From contig DASRHI010000052.1 in assembly GCA_035650615.1 (NCBI GenBank), forward strand, positions 72,550-136,549: 64,000 nt of DNA. The letters run 5' to 3'. This stretch comes from Gaiellaceae bacterium. Its GTDB lineage: Bacteria > Actinomycetota > Thermoleophilia > Gaiellales > Gaiellaceae. This document shows positions 55,473 to 64,000 of the stretch, piece by piece. The notes below the pieces were generated by a model. The model was not told the origin of the DNA. It searched no databases and worked only from the letters and a program-made list of their open reading frames with translations. The number at the start of each line of letters is the position of its first letter. Positions within the stretch are counted from its first letter, which is position 1. Made by a program: the position numbers and the translations under genes.

Positions 55473-57698
55473 TCAATTCTCCGCGGCCGCGGCCGGTTCC
55501 GCCACCTGCTCCTCGGCCTCGGCCGAAGCGCCGTCGCGGGAGGGGCGCGCCGGGAAGTCGAATTCGACCTTCCCCTCGGAGGTTAAGACGAGACGCGCGC
55601 GAAAGTGTTTGCCCGCCCGCGACTTGAAACCTGACAATACCTCACGCGTCCTCCCCTCTTCAAGGAGCTGTCGCGCGAGCTCGGGGGTCAGGGTGCGGCC
55701 GGCGACCCTCTTCCAGATCACGAAGCCGCAGCCGGGCTCCTCCCGGCTCTTCCAGCTCGTGCAGCCGTAGGCGCGGGAGTTCTCCTTGATGATCTCGCCG
55801 GTCTCGGCGCCGCAGCGGGGGCAGAGGCCGAGCTCGACCCGGACCGGGCGGAGCTTCTCCTTGTCGAGGGCGGCGATCTGCTTGACGATCTCGTCCGTGA
55901 AGCCGGCGATGTCGGCCATGAAGGCCCGCCGGTCGCCCTGGCCGTGCTCGATCTCGGCGAGGCGGTGCTCCCAGTCGCCGGTCAGCTCGGGCGAGGTGAT
56001 CTTGTGCTCGTCGAGCATCGCGATCACCTGCAGGCCCTTCGGGGTCGGCTGGAGGTCCTTCCCGACCCGCTCGACGTACTCGCGCCGGATCAGCGTCTCG
56101 ATCGTCTCGGCCCGGGTCGCGGGCGTCCCGAGACCGGAGTCCTTCATGGCCTCGCGCAGCTCCTCGTCGTCGATCAGCTTGCCGGCGGTCTCCATCGCCG
56201 AGAGCAGGGTCGCCTCCGTGTAGCGGGGCGGCGGCTTCGTCTCCTTCGCCTCGACCTCGGCCTCGACGCAGCGCACCCGCTGGCCCCGCTCGAGCGGCGG
56301 GATCTCGGCCGTCGCCTCCTCGCCCTCCTCCTCCTGCCGGGCCAGCTTCTCCTCCTCGGACTCGAGGCCGTAGACGCCGCGCCAGCCGGGCTCGAGCGTG
56401 ATCTTGCCGCGCGTCCGGAAACGCTCGCCCTCCACCTCGGTGATCACGGTCGTCCGCTGGTAGCGGGCGGGCGGATGGAAGACGGCGAGGAAGCGCTTGG
56501 CCACGAGGTCGAAGACGCGACGCTCGTCCGGGGTGAAGTGGGCGAGGTCGTGCTCGATGTCGGTCGGGATGATCGCGTGGTGGTCGTCCACCCGGGCGTC
56601 GTTCACGACCCGGCCGAGCGGCAGCTCGGCGAGCTCGACCACGAACCGCGCCGCGGCCGCGTAGTCCGCGATCGGGAGGAGCGTGGCGGCGGTCGGCTTG
56701 AGCTGCGGCACCATGTCGCCGGAGAGGTAGCGCGAGCTCGTGCGCGGGTACGTGATCGCCTTCTTCCCCTCGTAGAGGCTCTGCGCCGCCTGCAGCGTGC
56801 GACGGGCGGAGAAGCCGAAGCGGCGGTTCGCGTCGCGCTGCAGGGAGGTGAGGTCGTAGAGGAGCGGCGCGATCTCCTTCTGCTCCTTGCGCTCGACCGA
56901 CTCGACGACGCCCTCGGCCCCGTGCACCTTCTCGGCGATCGCAGGCGCCCGCTCCGGGTCGCCGAAGATGCGCGTCTCCTCGCCCTCGAACCAGAGGCCG
57001 GCGTAGCGAGGGTCGAAGGTCGCGTGGACGAGCCAGTACGGCTCCGGCGTGAAGGCCTGGATCTCGCGCTCGCGCTTGACGATCATCGCGAGCGTCGGGG
57101 TCTGCACCCGGCCGAGGGAGACGACGCCGCCGACCCAGGCACGGCCGCGCAGCGTCGCGGCCCGCGTGGCGTTCATGCCGACGAGCCAGTCGGCCTCGCT
57201 GCGCGAGCGCGCCGCCCGCTCGAGGTTCGCGAGCTCCCGCCCCGGGCGGAGCCGCTCGAAGCCGTCCCGGATCGCCTGCTTCGTCATCGAGCTGATCCAG
57301 AGCCGCTCGACCGGCTTGTCGACCCCGGCGAGCTCGTAGATGTAGGAGAAGATCAGCTCCCCCTCCCGCCCGGCGTCGCACGCGTTCACGATCCGGTCGA
57401 CGTCGTCGCGCTGCATCAGCTTGTGGATCTCCTTGAGCTGCTTCCTCGACTTCGCGTCGCGCGGCTCGAGCTCGAACTTGTCGGGCACGATCGGGAGGTC
57501 CTCCATGCGCCAGCGCTTGAACTTCTCGTCGTAGGCCTCCGGGTCTTTCAGCTGCACGAGGTGGCCGACCGCGAAGGTGACGATCTCGCCGTCGGACTCC
57601 CAGTAGGCGTCGCTCGGGGCCTGGAACGGTCCTGGGAGCGCGTTCACGATGTCCCGCGCGACCGACGGCTTCTCGGCTACCACCAGCGTCTTGCCCAC
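55473..57698 (-). CDS. topB: type IA DNA topoisomerase, topoisomerase III-like, with C-terminal zinc-ribbon region
   Basis: Toprim TLVVAEKPSVARDI, then TFAVGHLV, DAGREGELIF, SLGRVQTPTL, and the active-site Tyr context ITYPRTSSRYL. C-terminal CPRCG...CTSW...CGF; 741 aa. Confidence 0.85.
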   Translation of the reverse strand: MGKTLVVAEKPSVARDIVNALPGPFQAPSDAYWESDGEIVTFAVGHLVQLKDPEAYDEKFKRWRMEDLPIVPDKFELEPRDAKSRKQLKEIHKLMQRDDVDRIVNACDAGREGELIFSYIYELAGVDKPVERLWISSMTKQAIRDGFERLRPGRELANLERAARSRSEADWLVGMNATRAATLRGRAWVGGVVSLGRVQTPTLAMIVKREREIQAFTPEPYWLVHATFDPRYAGLWFEGEETRIFGDPERAPAIAEKVHGAEGVVESVERKEQKEIAPLLYDLTSLQRDANRRFGFSARRTLQAAQSLYEGKKAITYPRTSSRYLSGDMVPQLKPTAATLLPIADYAAAARFVVELAELPLGRVVNDARVDDHHAIIPTDIEHDLAHFTPDERRVFDLVAKRFLAVFHPPARYQRTTVITEVEGERFRTRGKITLEPGWRGVYGLESEEEKLARQEEEGEEATAEIPPLERGQRVRCVEAEVEAKETKPPPRYTEATLLSAMETAGKLIDDEELREAMKDSGLGTPATRAETIETLIRREYVERVGKDLQPTPKGLQVIAMLDEHKITSPELTGDWEHRLAEIEHGQGDRRAFMADIAGFTDEIVKQIAALDKEKLRPVRVELGLCPRCGAETGEIIKENSRAYGCTSWKSREEPGCGFVIWKRVAGRTLTPELARQLLEEGRTREVLSGFKSRAGKHFRARLVLTSEGKVEFDFPARPSRDGASAEAEEQVAEPAAAAEN

Positions 57699-57726
57699 GA
57701 AATCACCTTAGCGAGCGCCGATACTT

Positions 57727-58380
57727 TTGGCCGCCGTGGCCCGGCCGAGCCCGCTCTACCGCTTCATCGCCGCCTGCTCCCGCCCGCTCCTGCGCGTCCT
57801 CTTCCGCTACGAGGCCTCCGGGATCGAGCACCTGCCCGAGGGAGGGTTCGTCCTCGCGGCCGGGCACCACTCGAACTTCGACCCGTGGCCGCTCGCGATC
57901 GCGATCTCGCGGCGGTACTTCGTGCGCTTCATGGCAAAGTCGGAGCTCTTCTGGCCCCCGCTCTCGTGGATCGTGCGCGGCGCCGGGGGCTTCGAGGTGC
58001 GGCGCGGCGCGGCCGACCGCGAGGCGCTCGCGACCGCGCGCCGGCTCGCCCGCGAGGGCAACGTCGTCGCGATGTTCCCGGAGGGGACGCGGCGCTCGAA
58101 GGGGCTGCGCAAGCGCCGGCAGGTCGACGTCCGGACGGGCGCAGCGCGGATCGCGCTCGGGGCGGGCGTGCCGCTCGTGCCGGCGGCGCTCTCCGGCACC
58201 GACCGGCTCGCCCGGCTCGCCCGGCTGCGCGTCGCCTATGGTCCGCCCGTGGCGCTCGACGACCTCGCCGGCCTGCCGCGGCGCGAGGCCGCGCGGATCG
58301 CGACCGAGCGCCTGATGGAGCGAATCCACGAGCTCGAGGCCTCCCTTGACGGCAGCGGCGACCGGCAAGCCCGCGGCTAG
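57727..58380 (+). CDS. plsC: 1-acyl-sn-glycerol-3-phosphate (lysophospholipid) acyltransferase
   Basis: AAGHHSNFDPW (HX4D) and VAMFPEGTRRS; 217 aa. Confidence 0.85.
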   Translation: MAAVARPSPLYRFIAACSRPLLRVLFRYEASGIEHLPEGGFVLAAGHHSNFDPWPLAIAISRRYFVRFMAKSELFWPPLSWIVRGAGGFEVRRGAADREALATARRLAREGNVVAMFPEGTRRSKGLRKRRQVDVRTGAARIALGAGVPLVPAALSGTDRLARLARLRVAYGPPVALDDLAGLPRREAARIATERLMERIHELEASLDGSGDRQARG

Positions 58381-59182
58381 CGAGAAGCTGCTCCTCGCGG
58401 TGGACGGGGACTCGCTCGCCCACCGCGCCTACCACGCCCTGCCGAAGTCGATCCGCTGGAACGCGATCCTCGGCTTCACGAACTTCCTCCTGCGTCTGTG
58501 GGACGCGGAGCGGCCGGCCGCGGTGCTCGTCGGATGGGACTCGCTCGAGGAGCCGACCTACCGCCACGAGGCGCTCCCCGCCTACCAGTCGGGCCGCGAG
58601 TTCGAGGACTCGATCGTCGAGCAGCTCGAGCGGCTGCCGGCGTTCGTCTCGACCTTCGGGTTCGCATGCGCGAAGGCGGCCGGCTACGAGGCCGACGACT
58701 TCCTCGCCGCGGCCGCCCGGCGCTGGAAGGGGCCCGTCCTCGTCGCGACGTCGGACCGGGACGCGTTCCAGCTCGTGAGCGACCGCGTCACGGTGCTCCA
58801 GCCGGTGCGGGGCGTCAGCGAGCTCGCCCGCGTCGGCCCCGCCGAGGTACGCGAGCGCTACGGCGTCGAGCCCGAGCAGGTGCCCGACTTCATCGCCCTG
58901 CGCGGCGACTCGTCCGACCGCATCCCGGGCGCCCGCGGCGTCGGGCCGAAGTCGGCGGCGGACGTCCTGCGGCAGTACGGGTCGCTCGAGGCGGCGCTCC
59001 GAGCCGGCCGCTTCTCCGCGCAGGCGGACGAGCTGCGGCTCTACCGGCGGATCGCGCAGATGGACGCGAAGGCGCCGCTGCCGCGGCTCGCGGCGCAGCG
59101 GCCCCGCTGGGCCGAGGCGGCGGCGGCCGCCGGCGAGCTAGAGCTGAACGCCCTTGCGAAGCGGCTCGCCGAGCGAGTCTGA
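58346..59182 (+). CDS. 5'-3' exonuclease (FEN/Pol I N-terminal-domain-like)
   Basis: LLLAVDGDSLAHRAYHALP, GYEADDFLAAAA, LVATSDRDAFQLV, and IALRGDSSDRIPGARGVGPKSAADVL (H3TH). The start is uncertain and overlaps the plsC end. Confidence 0.85.
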   Translation: MTAAATGKPAASEKLLLAVDGDSLAHRAYHALPKSIRWNAILGFTNFLLRLWDAERPAAVLVGWDSLEEPTYRHEALPAYQSGREFEDSIVEQLERLPAFVSTFGFACAKAAGYEADDFLAAAARRWKGPVLVATSDRDAFQLVSDRVTVLQPVRGVSELARVGPAEVRERYGVEPEQVPDFIALRGDSSDRIPGARGVGPKSAADVLRQYGSLEAALRAGRFSAQADELRLYRRIAQMDAKAPLPRLAAQRPRWAEAAAAAGELELNALAKRLAERV

Positions 59183-60400
59183 CCCGCGCTCGGGGGCGCG
59201 GAGACCGCGGATCGCGAGCGGGAAGAGCATCGTCGTGACCCCGCCGAAGAGTCCGGCCGCGACGAGCGAGCGGCGCACGCCGATCCCGTTGCCGAGGAAT
59301 CCGATCGCGACCAGCCACATCGGCATCAGGCTGCTCGAGACCATCCAGTCGAGGCTCGTGACCCGCCCGAGCACCTCCCGCGGGACGAGCCGGTGCAGCA
59401 TCGTCCCCCAGATCCCCTGGCCGAGCGCGATGCCGAGCCCGGCGACGAACCCGAGCGCGACGAGCTCCGGGACGTTCCCGGCGACGCCGTAGCCGGCGAC
59501 CACGAACAGGGCGAGCGCCCAGCCGCCGTACATGACGAGCACGTACCGATGCGGCAGGCCGCGCTGCCCGTAGGCCAGGGCGGCGACGATCGACCCGGCG
59601 GCCGTGGCCGCGTAGACCAGGCCGAGGGCGCCCGCGGAGGCCCGCAGGTCGCTCTTGACCAGGTACGGCAGGAGCACGTTGCGCGCGGACGGGGCGACCA
59701 TGATCAGCGCGGCCGCGACGAGGGTGGCCCACAGCCAGGTCCGGGCGAGCACGAAGGCGAAGCCCTCGCGCAGCTCGCGGCGCGCGGACCGTGACGCCGC
59801 CCGGTCGAGCGGGCGCGGCGTCAGGAGGAGCGCGGTCGCAGTCGAGACCGCGAACGTGGCGGCGTCGGCGAGGAAGGCCGTGCCGGCGCCGGCGCCCGCG
59901 ATCAGCGCGCCCGCGACGGCCGGCCCGACCAGGCCCGAGACCGGCCGCACGAACTGGTCCAGCGAGTTCGCCTGGGCGATCAGCTCCCGGGGGACGATCT
60001 CGGGCACGATCGAGCCGAACGCCGGCGCGAAGAGCGCGTCCCCGACCCCGCTCAGCGCCGCGAGGAGCGCGAGCTGCCAGAGGCGCAGCTCCCCCGAGAC
60101 GGCGAGCGCTCCCACGGCGCCGATCGCGACCGCGCGGACCACGTCTCCGGCGATCATCAGCTTGCGCCGTTCGAAGCGGTCGGTGAGGACGCCGCCGGCG
60201 AGCAGGAAGAGCACCATCGGCGCGACGTACGCGGCCGAGATCCAGCCGAGCGCCGACGGCGAGCTCGAGAGCTCGTAGGTCTGCCACGCGAGCGCGACGA
60301 GGAAGATGCCGTCTCCGACCAGGGAGACGCTCATCCCGGCCCAGAGGAGCGCGAAATCGCGGATGCCCAGCGGTTCGAGCATCCGCGGAACCCGCATCAC
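59138..60400 (-). CDS. MFS transporter (EntS/MFS_3-like)
   Basis: [24 protein letters not shown], about 12 TM helices; 420 aa. It overlaps the exonuclease gene convergently by 45 nt. Confidence 0.8.
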   Translation of the reverse strand: MMRVPRMLEPLGIRDFALLWAGMSVSLVGDGIFLVALAWQTYELSSSPSALGWISAAYVAPMVLFLLAGGVLTDRFERRKLMIAGDVVRAVAIGAVGALAVSGELRLWQLALLAALSGVGDALFAPAFGSIVPEIVPRELIAQANSLDQFVRPVSGLVGPAVAGALIAGAGAGTAFLADAATFAVSTATALLLTPRPLDRAASRSARRELREGFAFVLARTWLWATLVAAALIMVAPSARNVLLPYLVKSDLRASAGALGLVYAATAAGSIVAALAYGQRGLPHRYVLVMYGGWALALFVVAGYGVAGNVPELVALGFVAGLGIALGQGIWGTMLHRLVPREVLGRVTSLDWMVSSSLMPMWLVAIGFLGNGIGVRRSLVAAGLFGGVTTMLFPLAIRGLRAPERGSDSLGEPLRKGVQL

Positions 60401-60414
60401 TCGATTATTTCGGC

Positions 60415-61257
60415 GTGGAGGTCGTCAGCCACCCGCTCTTCGCCTCCCTGCACCCGACCGGCGGGCACCCCGAGTCGCAGGCGCGGATCGAGGTGCTGCA
60501 CGAGCGCTTCGGCTTCGTCGAATGCGGGCCCGCCGCCGAGGAGGACGTGCTGCGCTGCCACACGCCGGGGCTCGTCGACCGCGTGCGGACGGCGCGCGGC
60601 TGGCTCGACGCCGACACCCTCTGCACCGAGTCGAGCTACGAGGCGGCCCTGCTCGCGGCCGGCGCCGCGATCGAGGCCGTCCGCATTGGCGGTTTCGCGC
60701 TCGCGCGTCCGCCCGGACACCATGCCGAGCCGGAGCGGGCGATGGGGTTCTGCCTCTTCAACTCGGTCGCGGTCGCGGCCCGCTGGGCGCAGGCCGAGCT
60801 CGGCCTCGGCCGCGTCGCGATCGTCGACTGGGACGTGCACCATGGCAACGGTACGCAGGCGATCGCCGCGGGCGACCCGACGATCCTCTACGCGTCGCTC
60901 CACCAGTGGCCCTTCTACCCCGGTACCGGCGGGCCCGACGAGCAGGGCGAGACGCTCGTGAACGTGCCGCTCCCGGCGGGGGCGGGCGACGACGCCTACC
61001 TGCGCGCGTTCGCCCGGGTCGAGCGCGCGGTCGGGGAGTTCGGGCCGGAGCTCCTGCTCGTCTCGGCCGGGTTCGACGCGCACGCCGACGATCCGCTCGC
61101 GCAGCTCGAGCTCACGACCGGCGCCTTCGCCGAGCTCGCCCGCCGCGCGAGTCGGCTCGCGCCTCGTGTCGCCGCCGTCCTCGAGGGGGGCTACAACCTC
61201 TCGACCCTGCCGGACCTGGTCGCCGCAGCGCTCGAGGGGTTCGCCGCCGCCGCCTGA
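60415..61257 (+). CDS. histone deacetylase-family amidohydrolase (AcuC/HDAC-like)
   Basis: [43 protein letters not shown], and [12 protein letters not shown]; 280 aa. Confidence 0.88.
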   Translation: MEVVSHPLFASLHPTGGHPESQARIEVLHERFGFVECGPAAEEDVLRCHTPGLVDRVRTARGWLDADTLCTESSYEAALLAAGAAIEAVRIGGFALARPPGHHAEPERAMGFCLFNSVAVAARWAQAELGLGRVAIVDWDVHHGNGTQAIAAGDPTILYASLHQWPFYPGTGGPDEQGETLVNVPLPAGAGDDAYLRAFARVERAVGEFGPELLLVSAGFDAHADDPLAQLELTTGAFAELARRASRLAPRVAAVLEGGYNLSTLPDLVAAALEGFAAAA

Positions 61258-61275
61258 CGCCGCCCCGACCAGCCC

Positions 61276-61292
61276 GGGCGCCGGCGGCGCCC
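61276..61292. terminator. GC stem-loop between convergent genes
   Basis: GGGCGCC-GGC-GGCGCCC, a perfect 7-bp stem, lies in the 69-nt spacer between the HDAC-like gene and the response regulator. There is no U-tract. Confidence 0.3.
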
Positions 61293-61326
61293 GCGCCGCG
61301 TGCCGCGGCGGCGCGCCGGGCCCAGG

Positions 61327-61971
61327 TCAGCCGCGGGCCGCCGCGAGGCGCTCGAGCGCCTCGCGGCGCGACGAGACGCCGAGCTTCGCGAGCAGGCTCT
61401 TCACGTGGGAGCGAACCGTGTGCTCGGAGATGATCAGCCGGCGCGCGATGTCGTCCGTCCCGAGGTGCTGGTCGAGGAGGAGGAGGACCTCGAGCTCCCG
61501 CGCCGACAGCACGCTCGCGATCGCGTCGGGCACCGCGTCGCTTCGCCGGTCGCCCTCGCGCACCTCCTCGACGAGGCGCCGGGCGATCTGCCCCGACAGC
61601 GCCACCTCCCCGCGCGTGACCCCCCGCAGGAAGTCGACGATCCGCTCGGGCGGCTCGCTCTTCAGCAGGTAGCCCGCCGCGCCCGCCCGGATCGCCGTCA
61701 GCAGGTTGGCGTCGTCCTCGGCCGCGGTCAGGACGACCACCTCCGCGCCGGGGGCCCGCTCGCGGAGCAGCGGGAGAGCCTCGAGCCCGGTCATGTCGGG
61801 CATCGTCAGGTCGAGGACGATCAGGTCGGGCTCCAGCGCGCCCGCGCGGTCGACCGCCTCCTGCCCGCCGGCCGCCTGCCCGACCACGTCGAAGCCGTTC
61901 GCGCCGAGCAGGGACGCGAGCGCCTCGCGCGTGAGCGGGTGGTCGTCGACGATCAGGACCCGCGCCGTCAT
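61327..61971 (-). CDS. two-component response regulator, NarL/LuxR family
   Basis: The receiver domain has VLIVDDHPL and LIVLDLTMPDMTG (phospho-Asp context). The C-terminal HTH is LSARELEVLLLLDQHLGTDDIARRLIISEHTVRSHVKSLLAKLG. Confidence 0.93.
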   Translation of the reverse strand: MTARVLIVDDHPLTREALASLLGANGFDVVGQAAGGQEAVDRAGALEPDLIVLDLTMPDMTGLEALPLLRERAPGAEVVVLTAAEDDANLLTAIRAGAAGYLLKSEPPERIVDFLRGVTRGEVALSGQIARRLVEEVREGDRRSDAVPDAIASVLSARELEVLLLLDQHLGTDDIARRLIISEHTVRSHVKSLLAKLGVSSRREALERLAAARG

Positions 61972-61985
61972 GGGCTCGGCCGATT

Positions 61986-63383
61986 GTGCCGATAGCGGGA
62001 GGGATGCGCCACACCGACGAGCGCACCGACATCGAGCGCTTCCTCTGGGGCGAGGTCATCCTCGTGGGCCTCCTCGGGTCGGCGCTCGCGCTCTTCCTGA
62101 CGAAGCCGGAGCTGCAGAGCTCCTACCACCTCCCGTCCCTCCGCCTCGTCCTGATGACCCTCTACGCGGTCGGCGGGGGTCTCGTCGCCCTCCTCTCCGC
62201 GAGCCGCTTCTCGGCGGAGGGGCGCCGCTTCGACCTCTTCCTCTGCGGCGGGTTCTTCACGACCTCGGCGTCGTGGGCCGCGTTCGCCGTCGCTCCGGCC
62301 GCGAGCGGCGCGTCCCGGCCGGGCACCGAGACCTGGGCCGGCCTCGGCGGCATGCTGCTCGGGTGGGTGCTGCTCGCCCTCGCGCCGGTCGTGCGGGGCC
62401 GGGTCGAGAACCGCCGCACCGCGCTCGTCGATCTGCTCGTCGCGCTCGTCTTCGCCCTCGCGCTGCTCTGGGGGGCCGCCCACGCCCTGGGCGTCAGCGC
62501 CCCCCGGCCCGACGACGTCCACGGCCGCGGACACCTCCTGACCGCGTCGCTCGCGCTGCTCGCCCTCGTGAACCTCGTGACCGTCGTCGGGTTCGGCAAC
62601 CGCTTCCGGCTCCACCGCGAGGACCTCGACCGCTGGCTCGCGCTCGGAGGGACGCTGATGCTCTTCGCGTCCCTCTACCTCGTGTTCACGCCTCGCGTCT
62701 CCACGTCGGAGGTCTCGCAGGGCGACTTCCTGCGCCTGCTCGCCTACTGCGTCCTGCTCGTCGGAGTCTGGCGCGCGATCCGGTCGACCGAGTTCCGGCG
62801 CGCGGTGGCCGAGGAGCGTGCCCGCGTCGCGCGCGAGATCCACGACGGCCTCGCGCAGTACCTGTTCGCGGTCACCGCGCACGTCTCGATGCTGGAGGCC
62901 GGCGCCGACCAGGCCGAGACGCTGCCTCGGCTCAAGGAGGCCGCTCTCGCCGCGCAGCAGGAGGCGCGCTTCGCCGTGCTCGCGCTCTCGTCGGCCGCGG
63001 GCAGCGCTCCGTTCGACGCCGCGCTCCGCCGCTACGTCGACCTCCTCACCGCCGACGGCGGGCTCGAGGTCGAGCTCGAGATCGACGCGGGCGTGCGCCT
63101 CGCTCCGGACGAGCAGATCGAGGTGTTCCGCATCGTCCAGGAGGGGCTCTCGAACACCCGCCGCCACGCGGGCGCCCGCAGGGCGTGGCTCACGATCGGG
63201 CGGCGCGGCGTCGACCGGCTCGTGACGCTGTACGACGACGGCGAGGGGTTCGAGGAGCCGAGCGACGACGCGGGTCAGGGTCTCCGCAACATGCGCCAGC
63301 GTGCGGCGGCGATCGGCGGCGCCTTCTCGCTGCGCTCCGCGCCCGGCCGCGGCACCGCGCTCGAGGTCGTCCTCCGGCCCTGA
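61986..63383 (+). CDS. sensor histidine kinase (HisKA_3/NarX-DesK type) with a multi-TM N-terminal sensor
   Basis: About 6 TM helices, then the H-box ERARVAREIHDGLAQYL, N-box EGLSNTRRHAGA, and G-box DDGEGF...GQGLRNMRQRA. Confidence 0.9.
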   Translation: MPIAGGMRHTDERTDIERFLWGEVILVGLLGSALALFLTKPELQSSYHLPSLRLVLMTLYAVGGGLVALLSASRFSAEGRRFDLFLCGGFFTTSASWAAFAVAPAASGASRPGTETWAGLGGMLLGWVLLALAPVVRGRVENRRTALVDLLVALVFALALLWGAAHALGVSAPRPDDVHGRGHLLTASLALLALVNLVTVVGFGNRFRLHREDLDRWLALGGTLMLFASLYLVFTPRVSTSEVSQGDFLRLLAYCVLLVGVWRAIRSTEFRRAVAEERARVAREIHDGLAQYLFAVTAHVSMLEAGADQAETLPRLKEAALAAQQEARFAVLALSSAAGSAPFDAALRRYVDLLTADGGLEVELEIDAGVRLAPDEQIEVFRIVQEGLSNTRRHAGARRAWLTIGRRGVDRLVTLYDDGEGFEEPSDDAGQGLRNMRQRAAAIGGAFSLRSAPGRGTALEVVLRP

Positions 63384-63542
63384 ACCTCGCCCTCGGGCCC
63401 GCAGTCGGCGGAGCCCCCGGACGCCCTCGAACCGCCCGTCCGGGCGCGAGGCGAGAGGCGACGCGGCGCGCGCGCGCCACGCCTCGCGAGCGCACGCTCC
63501 GCGCGCACCGGGCGGTGGCGTCCGAGCGGGCCCGCCCGCCCC

Positions 63543-63965
63543 TCAGCGGGCGCGGACGGGGGCCGGCGCCGGCTCGAGCGCGGGCGGCACGAGACCCTCG
63601 CCGACCTTCGTCAGGAGCCGCAGGAGCTCTCCCTGCTCGTGGGGCGAGAGGCCGCCGATCAGCTCCCGCAGCAGCCCGCCGAGGCGCTTCCGGACGGAGC
63701 CGAGGGCATCGCGTCCGGTCGAGCTCAGGCCGACCAGGACCGACCGGCGGTCGGGACGCTCCTTCCGCCGCTCCGCGAGACCGGCCGCCTCGAGCCGGTC
63801 GACGAGCCGCGTCACGGTGCTCGTGGCGAGGCCGAGCCGGCGGGCGAGCTCGCGCATCCGCATGTCGCCCGCGGCGAGCACCACGAGCGCCTGCAGCTGC
63901 ACGGGCGGGATCCCGCCGGTGACGCGCCGGTAGGCGGCCGTGGAGATCGGGCGGGAGAGCAGCAC
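63543..63965 (-). CDS. MarR-family transcriptional regulator (the N-terminus may extend toward the window end)
   Basis: wHTH MRELARRLGLATSTVTRLVDRLEAAGLAERRKERPDRRSVLV. The frame stays open upstream of the GTG at 63965 to position 64000. Confidence 0.85.
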   Translation of the reverse strand: MLLSRPISTAAYRRVTGGIPPVQLQALVVLAAGDMRMRELARRLGLATSTVTRLVDRLEAAGLAERRKERPDRRSVLVGLSSTGRDALGSVRKRLGGLLRELIGGLSPHEQGELLRLLTKVGEGLVPPALEPAPAPVRAR

Positions 63966-64000
63966 GTGCGCGAGCGCCTGCCCGCGCGCGAGCGAGACGT

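Overview
The window is a densely packed, largely co-linear chromosomal segment from a very high-GC genome. Hand counts of sample 60-nt lines give about 70-75% G+C. The gene content looks Actinomycetota-like, possibly Thermoleophilia/Rubrobacteria-type, but that is only an inference from composition and gene content. I can support about 80 protein-coding genes. I saw no rRNA, tRNA, CRISPR array, transposase or integrase. Most genes are housekeeping: acpS, arfB, glmS-glmM, rplM-rpsI, guaB-guaA, pyrE/pyrF, hup, murI-rph-rdgB, xseA-xseB, a sigma-70 factor, a type IA topoisomerase and plsC. These are interspersed with transporters (three MFS, EamA, CDF), redox and detoxification genes, and cell-wall genes. 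Gene junctions are extremely tight. I count 17 four-nucleotide NTGA stop/start overlaps, and many starts are GTG or TTG.

The most unusual region is a segment of about 5 kb (about 48.1-53.2 kb) with clearly lower G+C, about 52-62% in sampled lines. It contains only regulatory genes:
- a LuxR-type HTH-only gene;
- an 852-aa LAL/MalT-type STAND ATPase with a LuxR HTH, whose first 17 codons are duplicated in degenerate form 149 nt upstream and whose composition changes inside the gene;
- a convergent, overlapping membrane HD-GYP phosphodiesterase;
- an AT-richer spacer carrying a promoter/RBS/20-codon ORF/hairpin mini-gene and a TTGTCCACA-containing palindrome;
- a second LuxR-type HTH-only gene.

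Other points worth a second look:
- a cluster of REP-like palindromic repeats at 24.4-24.57 kb, with a partial copy near 7.39 kb;
- two tandem secreted AOC/dirigent-like paralogues translationally coupled to guaA;
- a CDF transporter with three tandem cytoplasmic C-terminal domains;
- a probable CTG-initiated adenosine deaminase gene;
- divergent gene pairs whose start codons overlap in CCATGG.

The long R/P/A/G-rich ORFs in the track that run antisense to, or out of frame with, recognisable genes are treated as GC-driven shadow ORFs.

Coordinate caveat: positions I derived by hand (internal starts, repeats, hairpins) may be off by 1-2 nt. In two places (near 7817 and near 53725) my character count disagreed by 1 nt with the ORF-track frame, and I followed the ORF track.
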